Shown: piece by piece, positions 46,793 through 56,103 of the stretch
How the letters are laid out: each line of letters opens with the position of its first letter
Position numbering within the stretch: the first letter of the stretch is position 1
Assembly: GCA_965249275.1 (NCBI GenBank)
Contig: CBDFLQ010000007.1
Span: 32,001 to 96,000 of the forward strand
Direction of reading: 5' to 3'
DNA: 64,000 nt
DNA from: Dehalococcoidia bacterium
GTDB lineage: Bacteria > Chloroflexota > Dehalococcoidia > Plut-88900
Notes under the pieces: model-generated
The model's input: only the letters and a program-made list of their open reading frames with translations
Told to the model about the DNA's origin: nothing
Database searches by the model: none
Program-made: the position numbers and the translations under genes

Positions 46793-48763
46793 ATGACCAC
46801 CTTGAAAAAGGCCCCCGAAGCCGCCGAGACTCGGTCCCAGACCGCCCATCCCCTCGATCCCCTCACCCCTGATGAAATAGTCCGCGCCGTGGAAATACTG
46901 AATCGGGACCAGGAAATTGGGACGCGTGTGAGGTACGAAACCGTCGTCCTCAACGAACCACCCAAGGATGACGTCCTGGCCTACGATGGGACGAAAGCGC
47001 TACCCCGTGAGGCTTTCATCTGCATCCTGGACAACGACTCCCGCCGCACCTACGAGGCCGTCGTCTCTCTCTCCGAGGACCGCGTGAAGTCCTGGAATCA
47101 CATCCCCGGAGTCCAGCCCAAGATCATGCTGGACGAGTTCTACGAGTGCGAACAGGCAGTTAAGCAGGACCCGGCCTTCCGAGAGGCCCTCGCCCGACGG
47201 GGAATCACCGATGTGGACCTCGTGATGGTTGATCCTTGGGCTGCAGGCAATTACGGGTATGAGGGCGACAACGGAATGCGGTTGTCCTACTCGCTCTGTT
47301 GGCTTCGCTCCAGCCCCAAGGACAATGGCTATGCCCGACCCATCGAGGGCGTCGTCCCGGTGGTCGACCTTAACGAGATGAAGGTACTGCGGGTTATCGA
47401 CCACGGCGTTGTGCCCCTCCCTCCGACCGACGGCAACTACTCCCAGAATTTCATTCACGAGTTCCGGGAAGACCTTAAGCCCATAGAAATCACCCAGCCC
47501 GAGGGCCCCAGTTTCACGGTGGACGGGTGGCATGTTGCCTGGCAGAAGTGGGACATGCGTCTCGGGTTCACTCCCAGGGAGGGCCTGGTCCTCTATGACA
47601 TCGCTTACACTGACCAAGGGCGTCGACGCCCGATTATCTACCGGACCTGTCTTTCCGAGATGGTTGTCCCCTACGGCGAGCCGAATTCGCCCCACTTCCG
47701 CAAGAACGCCTTCGACGCCGGAGAGTACGGCATCGGCAACCTGGCCAACTCCCTTACCCTGGGGTGTGACTGCTTGGGCGAGATTCGCTATTTCGACGCC
47801 GTGACAAATGACACCCGGGGCGGCGTAATGGAAATACCCAACGCCATCTGCATGCACGAAGAGGACTTCGGGATACTCTGGAAGCACGTCGACTGGCGGA
47901 CCGGAGAGACCGAGGTGCGGCGCTCCCGCCGATTGGTCGTCTCGTTCATCTCCACGGTCGGCAACTACGAATACGGGTTCTTCTGGTATTTCTACCAGGA
48001 CGGCACGATCCAGTACGAGGTCAAACTTACCGGCGTGCTCAACAACGCTGCCGTGCCCCCGGGCCACGTGCCCGAGCACGGGACTTTGATTGCACCTCAA
48101 CTCGCGGCCCACATCCATCAACACTTCTTCAACGTCAGGATGGACATGGCGGTGGATGGGCAGAAGAACTCAGTCTACGAGGTCAACAGCTACGCCTGCC
48201 CTGCTGACGAAAACAACCCCCACCACAACGCCTTCTATGCAGAGAAGACCCAGCTGAAGACCGAGTCCGAAGCCCAGCGCAACATCGACCCATACTCGGC
48301 CAGGTATTGGCTTATAACCAACGAATCGGAGACTAACTACCTTGGGCAGAAGACCTCCTACAAGCTGATACCGGGAGAGAATGTGCTGCCCTTTGCCCAC
48401 GACGACGCCTCGGTCATCAAAAGAGCGGGGTTCATGACCAAACACCTCTGGGTCACGCCCTACGATCCCGCGGAAATGGACGCCGCAGGCGACTACCCCA
48501 ATCAGCATCCGGGTGGGGCCGGACTTCCGGCTTACACGAAGGCCAACCGGAGCCTCGACAACACCGATCTCGTGGTCTGGTACACATTCGGACACCACCA
48601 CGTCCCTCGCCCCGAGGACTGGCCCGTCATGCCCGTGATGTACACAGGTTTCAGCCTGAAACCTGTCAGCTTCTTCGACCGGAACCCGGCCCTGGACGTG
48701 CCGCCTTCCAGCCACGGGAACGGCCATCACTGCGGCGGGCACAATGGCTCGTGCCACGCGTGA
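46793..48763 (+). CDS. tynA: Copper/TPQ primary-amine oxidase
   Basis: HPLDPL, catalytic Asp in AFDAGEYG, TPQ motif GNYEY, Cu ligands HQH and HHVPRPEDWP; no signal peptide. Confidence 0.95.
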   Translation: MTTLKKAPEAAETRSQTAHPLDPLTPDEIVRAVEILNRDQEIGTRVRYETVVLNEPPKDDVLAYDGTKALPREAFICILDNDSRRTYEAVVSLSEDRVKSWNHIPGVQPKIMLDEFYECEQAVKQDPAFREALARRGITDVDLVMVDPWAAGNYGYEGDNGMRLSYSLCWLRSSPKDNGYARPIEGVVPVVDLNEMKVLRVIDHGVVPLPPTDGNYSQNFIHEFREDLKPIEITQPEGPSFTVDGWHVAWQKWDMRLGFTPREGLVLYDIAYTDQGRRRPIIYRTCLSEMVVPYGEPNSPHFRKNAFDAGEYGIGNLANSLTLGCDCLGEIRYFDAVTNDTRGGVMEIPNAICMHEEDFGILWKHVDWRTGETEVRRSRRLVVSFISTVGNYEYGFFWYFYQDGTIQYEVKLTGVLNNAAVPPGHVPEHGTLIAPQLAAHIHQHFFNVRMDMAVDGQKNSVYEVNSYACPADENNPHHNAFYAEKTQLKTESEAQRNIDPYSARYWLITNESETNYLGQKTSYKLIPGENVLPFAHDDASVIKRAGFMTKHLWVTPYDPAEMDAAGDYPNQHPGGAGLPAYTKANRSLDNTDLVVWYTFGHHHVPRPEDWPVMPVMYTGFSLKPVSFFDRNPALDVPPSSHGNGHHCGGHNGSCHA

Positions 48764-48766
48764 CCC

Positions 48767-51109
48767 GTGGATGGTTTAAGCACAACCGAAATCGGAGCGG
48801 GGGACCTGAAGGCCGTACTGCCCGACCTGACTGGCACGCTCAACCTTTCCGGGTTGGATGGCCCTGTTACCGTCTACCGAGACCGGTCGGGCATACCGCA
48901 CGTCCAGGCATCCTCTCTGCACGACGCGTTCTTTGCCCAGGGATTCGTAACGGCTCAGGACCGGCTTTGGCACATGGACTGGGACCGTCGGCGAGCCTTG
49001 GGGAGATGGGCCGAAATAGCAGGGCCCGCGGGCGTCGAGCAGGACAAGCTGATGCGGAGATTTCGGCTCGGGGCAAGTGCAAAAGCCGACTTCGAAGTCG
49101 TGAGCCCGGACACGCAGGCCATGCTCGAAAGCTATGCCGGGGGCGTCAACGCATTCATTCAGACCGCCTCCGAGTTGCCCATCGAATACCGTATCATAGG
49201 CTCGGGCCCCGAGCCCTGGGAACCCTGGCACTCGATGGCGGTTTTCAAGGTGCGTCACATCCTGATGGGCTCCTTTGAGCGCAAGTTGTGGAACGCGCGG
49301 ATGGTCCGCAGGCTCGGCTACCAGAAGGCACAGGAAGCGATACCCAAGTCCCGGCCCGGCGAGCTGCTTATCGTGCCGCCGGGAGGCGAATACTCAGGCC
49401 CTTCGGATAAGTCGCTGCCGGACTTCCTTGAAGGCGCGGAGTGGCCGGGGCTCCCTACAAGGGAAGAGGGTGGAAGTAATAACTGGGCGGTGCACGGGAG
49501 CCGGACTGCCTCCGGCGCACCTCTCCTCGCAGGGGACCCGCATCGGGGACTTGAGGCGCCCAGCGTCTACTACCAAAACCACATAGCGTGTGACGAGTTT
49601 GATGTTGTAGGGCTCTCGTTCCCCGGCGTGCCGGGGTTTCCGCACTTTGGACACAACGCTCACGTCGCCTGGTGCGTAACCCACGCCATGGCCGACTACC
49701 AGGACCTCTTCATCGAGCGGTTCAAGAATGATGATCCCCGTTTCTTCGAGTTCAGGGGTGAGTGGGAACCCGCCGAGGTCTCGACCGAAGTTATACAAGT
49801 CGCAGGTGAGCCTTCGGAGCAATTCGAAATCATCTCCACGAGGCACGGTTCTATCGTGGCAGGAGACCCGGCCAAAGGGACGGCTTTGGCTCTCAAGTAC
49901 ACCGCCACTGCCGAACCCATCAAGGCCTTCGACTCGATAAGTCGGATGCTCGCTGCCACGTCGGTTGACGAGATGGATGAGTCGATGCGGGACTGGGTTG
50001 ATCCAGCCAACAACTTCGTCTGCGTAGATGTGCAAGGCGACATAAAGTACCTGACCCGGGGCCGACTCCCGATCAGGCCCAAGGCCAACGGATGGGTCCC
50101 TGTGCCCGGCTGGAGCGGCGACTACGAATGGACGGGCTACGTCCCCTTCGAGGAAATGCCAAGGTCTCGGAACCCCGAGACCGGTTTTATCGTCACCGCC
50201 AACAACCGCATCACCGACGAGGACTATCCTTACTACATCGGCCTGGACTACGACGGCGAGCATCGAGCCAGGTGTATCTATCAGGCCCTCGAATCACTAG
50301 CCTCGGCTACGGTGGAAGACATGACCTCTGTGCACGCGCTGCGTACGTCGATACCGGCCCGGGAGCTGTGTGAGCTGCTGAACGATGTGGAGATGCGCAC
50401 CGAAGCCGCCGTCGAGGCCAAACGCCTACTCCATTCATGGGACTGCCGGATGGACAGAGACCGTCCGGAACCAACTATCTTTAGCGCCTTTCATGATGCC
50501 CTCGCCGAGGCCTATTCCGCGTCCATCCTCGGGCCCCTGGCCGAAGAAATGGCCGGTGAGACGGGACGGGGAGCGCCGTCCTGGTACGGGCGCACAAAGT
50601 CGAGCCTGCACGATAAGCTCAAGTCGGCATCCTCCTCCGGCGAGATGACTGAAGTTCACTCTCTTCTCGCTGGAGCCTTGGAAACAGCAGTTACTAAGCT
50701 GAAGGCTTGGCTCGGGGAGGAGATGTCCGATTGGACCTGGGGCCGAGTCCACAAAACGAGTCCCAAGCACGCCCTATCCGCTGCCTTTCCCAATCTGGCC
50801 CAGGAACTTAATCCCCCGTCTGTGGGCACCCACGGAGACGGCTTCACGCCCTTGGCGGGCTCCTACTCGGCTGCGGAGCCATACATACTCACGTCGGCTT
50901 CGATGGCACGGTACGTCTTCGATGCGTCGGACTGGGAAAACTCTCGCTGGGTCGTGCCTCTGGGAGCGTCCGGGCATCCGGGAAGCCCTCACTACTCCGA
51001 CCAGGCCGAGACATGGGCCAACGTTGCTCTCCTACCCATGATCTACGACTGGGAAGCGGTCTCCCGTCAGTCCGAGACTCATCAGTCCCTGCTCCCGGCA
51101 ACCGATTAA
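48767..51109 (+). CDS. Penicillin acylase family (S45) Ntn hydrolase, cytoplasmic
   Basis: RDRSGIPHV, AQDRLWHMD, GSNNW nucleophile, AGDPH, TANN and GASGHPGSPHYSDQ. Confidence 0.93.
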   Translation: MDGLSTTEIGAGDLKAVLPDLTGTLNLSGLDGPVTVYRDRSGIPHVQASSLHDAFFAQGFVTAQDRLWHMDWDRRRALGRWAEIAGPAGVEQDKLMRRFRLGASAKADFEVVSPDTQAMLESYAGGVNAFIQTASELPIEYRIIGSGPEPWEPWHSMAVFKVRHILMGSFERKLWNARMVRRLGYQKAQEAIPKSRPGELLIVPPGGEYSGPSDKSLPDFLEGAEWPGLPTREEGGSNNWAVHGSRTASGAPLLAGDPHRGLEAPSVYYQNHIACDEFDVVGLSFPGVPGFPHFGHNAHVAWCVTHAMADYQDLFIERFKNDDPRFFEFRGEWEPAEVSTEVIQVAGEPSEQFEIISTRHGSIVAGDPAKGTALALKYTATAEPIKAFDSISRMLAATSVDEMDESMRDWVDPANNFVCVDVQGDIKYLTRGRLPIRPKANGWVPVPGWSGDYEWTGYVPFEEMPRSRNPETGFIVTANNRITDEDYPYYIGLDYDGEHRARCIYQALESLASATVEDMTSVHALRTSIPARELCELLNDVEMRTEAAVEAKRLLHSWDCRMDRDRPEPTIFSAFHDALAEAYSASILGPLAEEMAGETGRGAPSWYGRTKSSLHDKLKSASSSGEMTEVHSLLAGALETAVTKLKAWLGEEMSDWTWGRVHKTSPKHALSAAFPNLAQELNPPSVGTHGDGFTPLAGSYSAAEPYILTSASMARYVFDASDWENSRWVVPLGASGHPGSPHYSDQAETWANVALLPMIYDWEAVSRQSETHQSLLPATD

Positions 51110-51110
51110 A

Positions 51111-51260
51111 AGACCCACCTCGCGGGCTCAGGCGGTGTTCCTTCTTCCGGCTAAGAGGTTCTGTGCTTTGACCTGCAATATGAGTGCTCAGACGGCACTG
51201 GGATGCCTAAATTGAACCCCAAGCCCTAAAAGAGCCCCCATTGTCTATTGACCGCAGGGC
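51111..51260. ncRNA. Structured RNA candidate (possibly 6S-like)
   Basis: Nested pairings GGGCTC/GAGCCC, GGCT..GAGGTTC/GAACCCC..AGCC and AGTGC/GCACT form a rod with internal bubbles. Strand and identity unresolved. Confidence 0.3.
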
Positions 51261-51367
51261 AAGACGTATGAGATGCTTTTAAGCGTGCTACGTGGGCTGT
51301 TGAGCGCGTTTAATATTAGAGCGTCGGAATGGCCCGCAACATTCTCATTCTAAGGTAGGGGAAACAA

Positions 51368-51511
51368 ATGCAAGGATATTGCGTAAAGTGTCGAGCCTCC
51401 CAGGAGATCAAAGACGCCGAGCAGATCACCATGAAGAATGGCCGGCCTGCCACCCGAGGCATCTGCCCGGTCTGCGGAACTAAGATGTTCCGCATCGGCA
51501 AGTCCAGTTAG
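51368..51511 (+). CDS. 47-aa zinc-finger microprotein (DUF5679-like)
   Basis: MQGYCVKCRASQEIKDAEQITMKNGRPATRGICPVCGTKMFRIGKSS; two CxxC motifs; AGGGG RBS; below the ORF track cutoff. Confidence 0.88.
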   Translation: MQGYCVKCRASQEIKDAEQITMKNGRPATRGICPVCGTKMFRIGKSS

Positions 51512-51660
51512 CTAACGTCTCAGCCTCGGGCCTTCCGGCGCATAGTTGGCCCGAGGCAAAACCCGCTCCCGTATAACACCATCAGGTCTGGCGGCCTGTT
51601 TTTGATAAAGCGGGAGCGATATCTTATCTACCCATCTTCCAGTCAACGATAGCGCGCGCT

Positions 51661-53604
51661 TTAGCGTGCGTTGATCTTTGTTGCCACTGGGAAGTGGTCA
51701 GATGCTTGACTCCGGGTGGATGAGTATTTCGTTGACTCCAGGTCTGGGCTAGTCCATACGTAGTCGATGCGCTGGTGTGGCCCGTCCGATGGGGAAGTGA
51801 ACCCCTCGCCTTGGGTCCCTGAGTCGACGAAGGAGTCCAGAAGCCCGGCTTCCTCCAGCATGGTAATTTCCGGGTCTCCCGGCCCGCCGTTGAGATCGCC
51901 CAGGAATACGGTTCGAGATAACCCATCCCACCTTTTGAGTATCGCCTCCGACTGGGGTATTCGATGCTCCCCCTCGTCCCGGCCCGCGTGGAAGTGCGTG
52001 GCAATGACTCTCAGCGGCTCCTCATCCCCGATGTCTATTTCCACCCAGAGGAACCCTCTGTCCAGGGACAGGTCGTCGTTGTTGGGCATCTCGTGGTTTT
52101 CCGAAAGGACGATAGGATAACGGCTGAACACCGCGTTGCCCCATACGGAATCGGCGGCAGATCCCCAAGCGTAGTCCATGTCGAGACGCTGGGACAGCCA
52201 TGTCAGGATGTCGACGGACCCGTCTACCAGCCAGCCCCGAGACACCTCCTGAAGGGCAACGATGTCGGGGTTCTCAGCCTCGATAACCCGGGCTATCTCC
52301 TCCAGCTCGAATCCGCCTTCAGTGCCGAATCCCTGGTGTATGTTGTAGGCCATCACCCTGACGGGCAGCCCGTCCCCAGTCTTGACCTCCGGCTCTGACC
52401 AGGTAATGGTCAGGATTAAGGGAGACAGCATAAGCAGGGCTGCCACCCGTCCTGCCCATATGAAAGGCGCCCGGGGCCGCTCCACCGACTTCCCCCAAGT
52501 CCCCACCCAGACAGTTACGCCGATTAGTACAACTGCCCCGATAATGATCGCCCGCTGAGGCACCCCGACGCTAATGTCGTAGGCGGCGTAGTAGAGAAAG
52601 ACTGCTCCGAGAAAGATCAGCATTCCCACGCCCGAGAAGAGCGTGACCGACGTAAACCTCCTCCCTTCAAGCTCGGGGCCATTCCGGGACGCGAGGGACG
52701 CCAGCAACAATACCAGCATTAGATGCCCGATAGGCATGACGATCGCGGCAAGGGCCCCGGACTGTTCCGCCAGCAAACCGACTATTAACAGGACAGTCGC
52801 GGCCGGAACCAGGACGAGGACCAAGGGTCGGCGCAAACCCATGACGATGGCTGCCAAGGCGAGGCCCACCAGGTTGGACGCCACAATCAACGCCAGCACC
52901 CCGGGTTGGTCCCACCCGATTAGCGCCGTCTGCTGCCCGATGTTCTGGAAATAGAGCATCTCCAGGAAGAGGAACGGCCCAAGAGCCAACAGGAGCAAGG
53001 AGCCCCGATAGCTTGGTGGCTGCGCTTCCTGGCCTCGGCTGCGGATTGAGATGATCTTTGCCGATCCTGTCAGCCCTCCGGCCAGAAGTACCGCTATAAC
53101 GTCGGCGCCCACATTGTTCTGCCATGAGAGATCGACAGTGCCGAATCCACCCTTGATTGCCGTGTCCAGGGCCACGCCGACCAACAGCCCCAGCAACCAC
53201 GTTCCACCATCAATTCTCTTGCCGTTGGATACGAGCGAAGCACTGGCCGGTATAGCCCACAGGAACAGGACCGCACCCCCAATCGACAACGCGAAGTCGA
53301 CGACCGCTACGTCTACGAACTGGATGATGATCCGAGCTGCCCATAGTCCCACGGCGCTCAACTGCAGCAATCCCCCGGGGCCCATGCCTCGAGCCAAGAC
53401 GGGCGCCAGGAACATCATCAGAAAGCAGAGAAAGGCCACTCCCCCAACCCCGACCGTCGAGACTTCCCTCGCCTCCCGCATGTAGAAAAGCAGGCTGGAC
53501 ATGAACAGCCGCAGCATCTCGATGCCAACAGCAAAGAGGAGTGTGATGAAGATGAAATGCCAGATGCTGGATCGGGCGCCGGTGTTCTTTGATCCGGTGG
53601 TCAT
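51661..53604 (-). CDS. Polytopic membrane protein with a C-terminal endonuclease/exonuclease/phosphatase domain (CWH43/PGAP2IP-like)
   Basis: Many TM segments, then MAYNIH, ALQEV, GNAVFSRYP, LGDLN, RIDYV and ASDHFP. Confidence 0.87.
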   Translation of the reverse strand: MTTGSKNTGARSSIWHFIFITLLFAVGIEMLRLFMSSLLFYMREAREVSTVGVGGVAFLCFLMMFLAPVLARGMGPGGLLQLSAVGLWAARIIIQFVDVAVVDFALSIGGAVLFLWAIPASASLVSNGKRIDGGTWLLGLLVGVALDTAIKGGFGTVDLSWQNNVGADVIAVLLAGGLTGSAKIISIRSRGQEAQPPSYRGSLLLLALGPFLFLEMLYFQNIGQQTALIGWDQPGVLALIVASNLVGLALAAIVMGLRRPLVLVLVPAATVLLIVGLLAEQSGALAAIVMPIGHLMLVLLLASLASRNGPELEGRRFTSVTLFSGVGMLIFLGAVFLYYAAYDISVGVPQRAIIIGAVVLIGVTVWVGTWGKSVERPRAPFIWAGRVAALLMLSPLILTITWSEPEVKTGDGLPVRVMAYNIHQGFGTEGGFELEEIARVIEAENPDIVALQEVSRGWLVDGSVDILTWLSQRLDMDYAWGSAADSVWGNAVFSRYPIVLSENHEMPNNDDLSLDRGFLWVEIDIGDEEPLRVIATHFHAGRDEGEHRIPQSEAILKRWDGLSRTVFLGDLNGGPGDPEITMLEEAGLLDSFVDSGTQGEGFTSPSDGPHQRIDYVWTSPDLESTKYSSTRSQASDHFPVATKINAR

Positions 53605-53984
53605 GGGTGAGCCTCCCCCATCAGCTGGTCCAGTCGTTCGTCGCTTATCCCGAAGAAGTGGCCGACCTCGTGGATTACCGTCTGTCGGACCTGCTCCTCC
53701 ACTTCCTCGTCGGTCTCACAAATCGCTTCTATGGGCCTCTGGAAGATGAATATCCGGTCGGGTTGGCCGCCGGTGTGAAAGACGCTGCGTTCCGTCAGAG
53801 GAATGCCGTCGTAGAGGCCGAGTAGCTCCAACGGATGGTCGAGCCCGACAGAATAAAGCTGCTCGTCAGACGGGTAGTCCTTGATGACGCGGGCCACGTT
53901 GCCTTCGCCGAGGATTTCGGCAAACTCGGTTGGAAGGCTAGCCAGGGCCTTTTCCACCAGCTCGTCAAACCGGCTATGCTCGAT
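53601..53984 (-). CDS. Zincin-like metallopeptidase (Zincin_1)
   Basis: LLGLYDG, PDRIFIFQRP and VIHEVGHFFG. Start uncertain: ATC at 53984 behind GGAGG, or ATG at 54017/54035. Confidence 0.85.
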   Translation of the reverse strand: MEHSRFDELVEKALASLPTEFAEILGEGNVARVIKDYPSDEQLYSVGLDHPLELLGLYDGIPLTERSVFHTGGQPDRIFIFQRPIEAICETDEEVEEQVRQTVIHEVGHFFGISDERLDQLMGEAHP

Positions 53985-54133
53985 GATATCGCCTCCAGGG
54001 GTCGGGTCCGAGGCCATTATAAGCGGTGCCGACATGCAAAGTTCAGGATGAGTCGGACTGTTGAGAGGTGGGGGCACTAGGCATTACACTGTATCGTCGA
54101 TAGGCTACCTAACTAAGGGGAGCGACAACGACA

Positions 54134-54343
54134 ATGGCGGCTTCACAGGGATTGTCGTGCACCAAATGTGGGCACTCCCGGTTTGAGGTCGATGAAATCC
54201 GGACCACCGTTAAGATTTCCAGGTTCTTGAACATACAACACAAGAAGTTTACAGCTATAGTTTGCACCGGTTGCGGCTACACCGAGCTCTATAGAGGCGA
54301 CACCTCCAGACTGGCCGATGTGCTGGACTTCCTGGCAGCCTAA
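54134..54343 (+). CDS. Small zinc-ribbon nucleic-acid-binding protein
   Basis: CTKC, SRFLNIQ, CTGCGYTELY and DVLDFL. Confidence 0.82.
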   Translation: MAASQGLSCTKCGHSRFEVDEIRTTVKISRFLNIQHKKFTAIVCTGCGYTELYRGDTSRLADVLDFLAA

Positions 54344-54364
54344 CCAAGACCACGGGAGAATTAC

Positions 54365-56065
54365 ATGACCATAGGCCACGAAATGATCGCCGATGTGCTC
54401 CAGGAAGCAGGCATCGAATACGTTTTCGGAATACCTGGCGGAAGCACCGGCGCCATCTACGATTCCCTATATAGCAGACCGGGTGTCAAGGCGATTCTCG
54501 CCCGGCACGAGCAGGGCGCTGCCATCATGGCCGACGCCTATGGCCGCGCCACTGGCCGACCCGCAGTGGTCATGGGCCAGGGCCTCTTTATCGGCTCAAA
54601 TGCGTCCTTCGGCATCATGGAGGCCCAGCTAAGCAGCTCTCCCATGGTAGTCCTCACCGACACCTCAGACGGGGACATGGCCCAGCACCCGGCCAACCAG
54701 TCGGGGTCGGGGGAATACGGCAGCATTGACCTGTTGGCCATCTTTCGCTCCATGTCGAAATACACAACCCTTGCCACGACTCCCAAGGAGGCCGTAATAG
54801 GGCTTCAGCTGGCGATGAAGCATTCACTAAGCGGGAGGCCGGGGCCCGGGGTGGTGCTCATGCGCAGCCGGGCGCTTGTGGGGGAGGTGGACGTCGAGTC
54901 CGCACCCTTCATCCACCCGACCCGGGGCTATTTGAACACCAAGCCCTCCGTGGCTCGCCCCGAAGACGTGGAAAGGACAGCGTCCCTCCTCGCCGAGGCC
55001 AAGTTCCCGGTCATAGTAGCGGGCAACGGCGTCCACATGGCGAACGGCCATTCACAGTTGCAGCGCCTCGCCGAGATGCTGGGAGCGGGAGTCGCTACAT
55101 CCTACAAGGGAAAAAGCACCCTCCCCGAGACCCATTCCCAGGCCCTCGGCATGGTGGGCCAGTATGGACAGCAGGCCGCCAACACCGCAGTGGGCCGTGC
55201 CGATGTTGTGCTGGTGGTCGGGGCCAAGCTCTCCAGCCAGGAGACCGTCGGAGAGACACCGTCCCTTTTCAACCCTAAGAGGCAGACAATCATCCAGATC
55301 GACGTTGAGGAACGTAACGCCGGCTGGTCCTTCCCCATTGACATTGGACTGATCGGGGACGCCAAAGAGGTAATGGCCCAGATCATCGAGGCTCTTGACG
55401 GCAGAGAACCAGACACAAGTCAGAGAGTCAAAGGCCTCGCCGCTCTGAAGAAGCAGGCCTCCTACTACAACGACCCTGAGCTTTTCATGGACTCGTCTCC
55501 CGTTATGCCCCAACGTCTCGTTCGTCTGCTGCAGGAGACCCTGGACCCCTCGACAATTATCAGTCTGGACGCGGGCAACAACAGGGTCTGGATGTGTCAT
55601 CACTTCCAGTCTCAGAGAGCCAAGACCATTTACGCTCCCGGCGGTATGGCGGGGATGGGCTGGAGCCTGCCTGCGGCCCTCGCGCTCAAGCTTGTCCACC
55701 CCGACAGGCCTGTCGTCGGGGTCACGGGGGACGGGGGCTTCATGATGTCCGTCCACGCACTTTCGACCGCCGTCCAGTACAATCTTCCCGTTGTCTACGT
55801 GGTGCTGAATGACTCCTCTTTGGGGATGGTGAGACACCATCAAGGCGAAAAGAGTATCTCCTCGGAGTTTGCAAAGACCGATCACGGGGCCATATGCCGC
55901 TCGATGGGCGGCTACGGCGTCCAGGTCAGCGATTCCAGGCAGGTACCCGACGCGCTGAGAGAGGCCTTTGCCTCGGGCAAACCCGCCGTCGTAGACGTAC
56001 TGATCGACCGAGGCCCCAACCCCGACGACTTCCGGGCCACGGCCCGGAGGCTTACGGATACTTAG
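54365..56065 (+). CDS. Thiamine-diphosphate-dependent enzyme (acetolactate synthase-like)
   Basis: VFGIPGG, ARHEQ, SGRPGP and ThDP motif GDGGF...LND. Confidence 0.9.
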   Translation: MTIGHEMIADVLQEAGIEYVFGIPGGSTGAIYDSLYSRPGVKAILARHEQGAAIMADAYGRATGRPAVVMGQGLFIGSNASFGIMEAQLSSSPMVVLTDTSDGDMAQHPANQSGSGEYGSIDLLAIFRSMSKYTTLATTPKEAVIGLQLAMKHSLSGRPGPGVVLMRSRALVGEVDVESAPFIHPTRGYLNTKPSVARPEDVERTASLLAEAKFPVIVAGNGVHMANGHSQLQRLAEMLGAGVATSYKGKSTLPETHSQALGMVGQYGQQAANTAVGRADVVLVVGAKLSSQETVGETPSLFNPKRQTIIQIDVEERNAGWSFPIDIGLIGDAKEVMAQIIEALDGREPDTSQRVKGLAALKKQASYYNDPELFMDSSPVMPQRLVRLLQETLDPSTIISLDAGNNRVWMCHHFQSQRAKTIYAPGGMAGMGWSLPAALALKLVHPDRPVVGVTGDGGFMMSVHALSTAVQYNLPVVYVVLNDSSLGMVRHHQGEKSISSEFAKTDHGAICRSMGGYGVQVSDSRQVPDALREAFASGKPAVVDVLIDRGPNPDDFRATARRLTDT

Positions 56066-56103
56066 ACCCTTGATCCAATAGCACCCTACGAATTGTATAA
56101 ATT

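Noticed and set aside
51316-51501. 61-aa - strand ORF
   Set aside because: Antisense shadow of the real DUF5679-like microprotein on the + strand.
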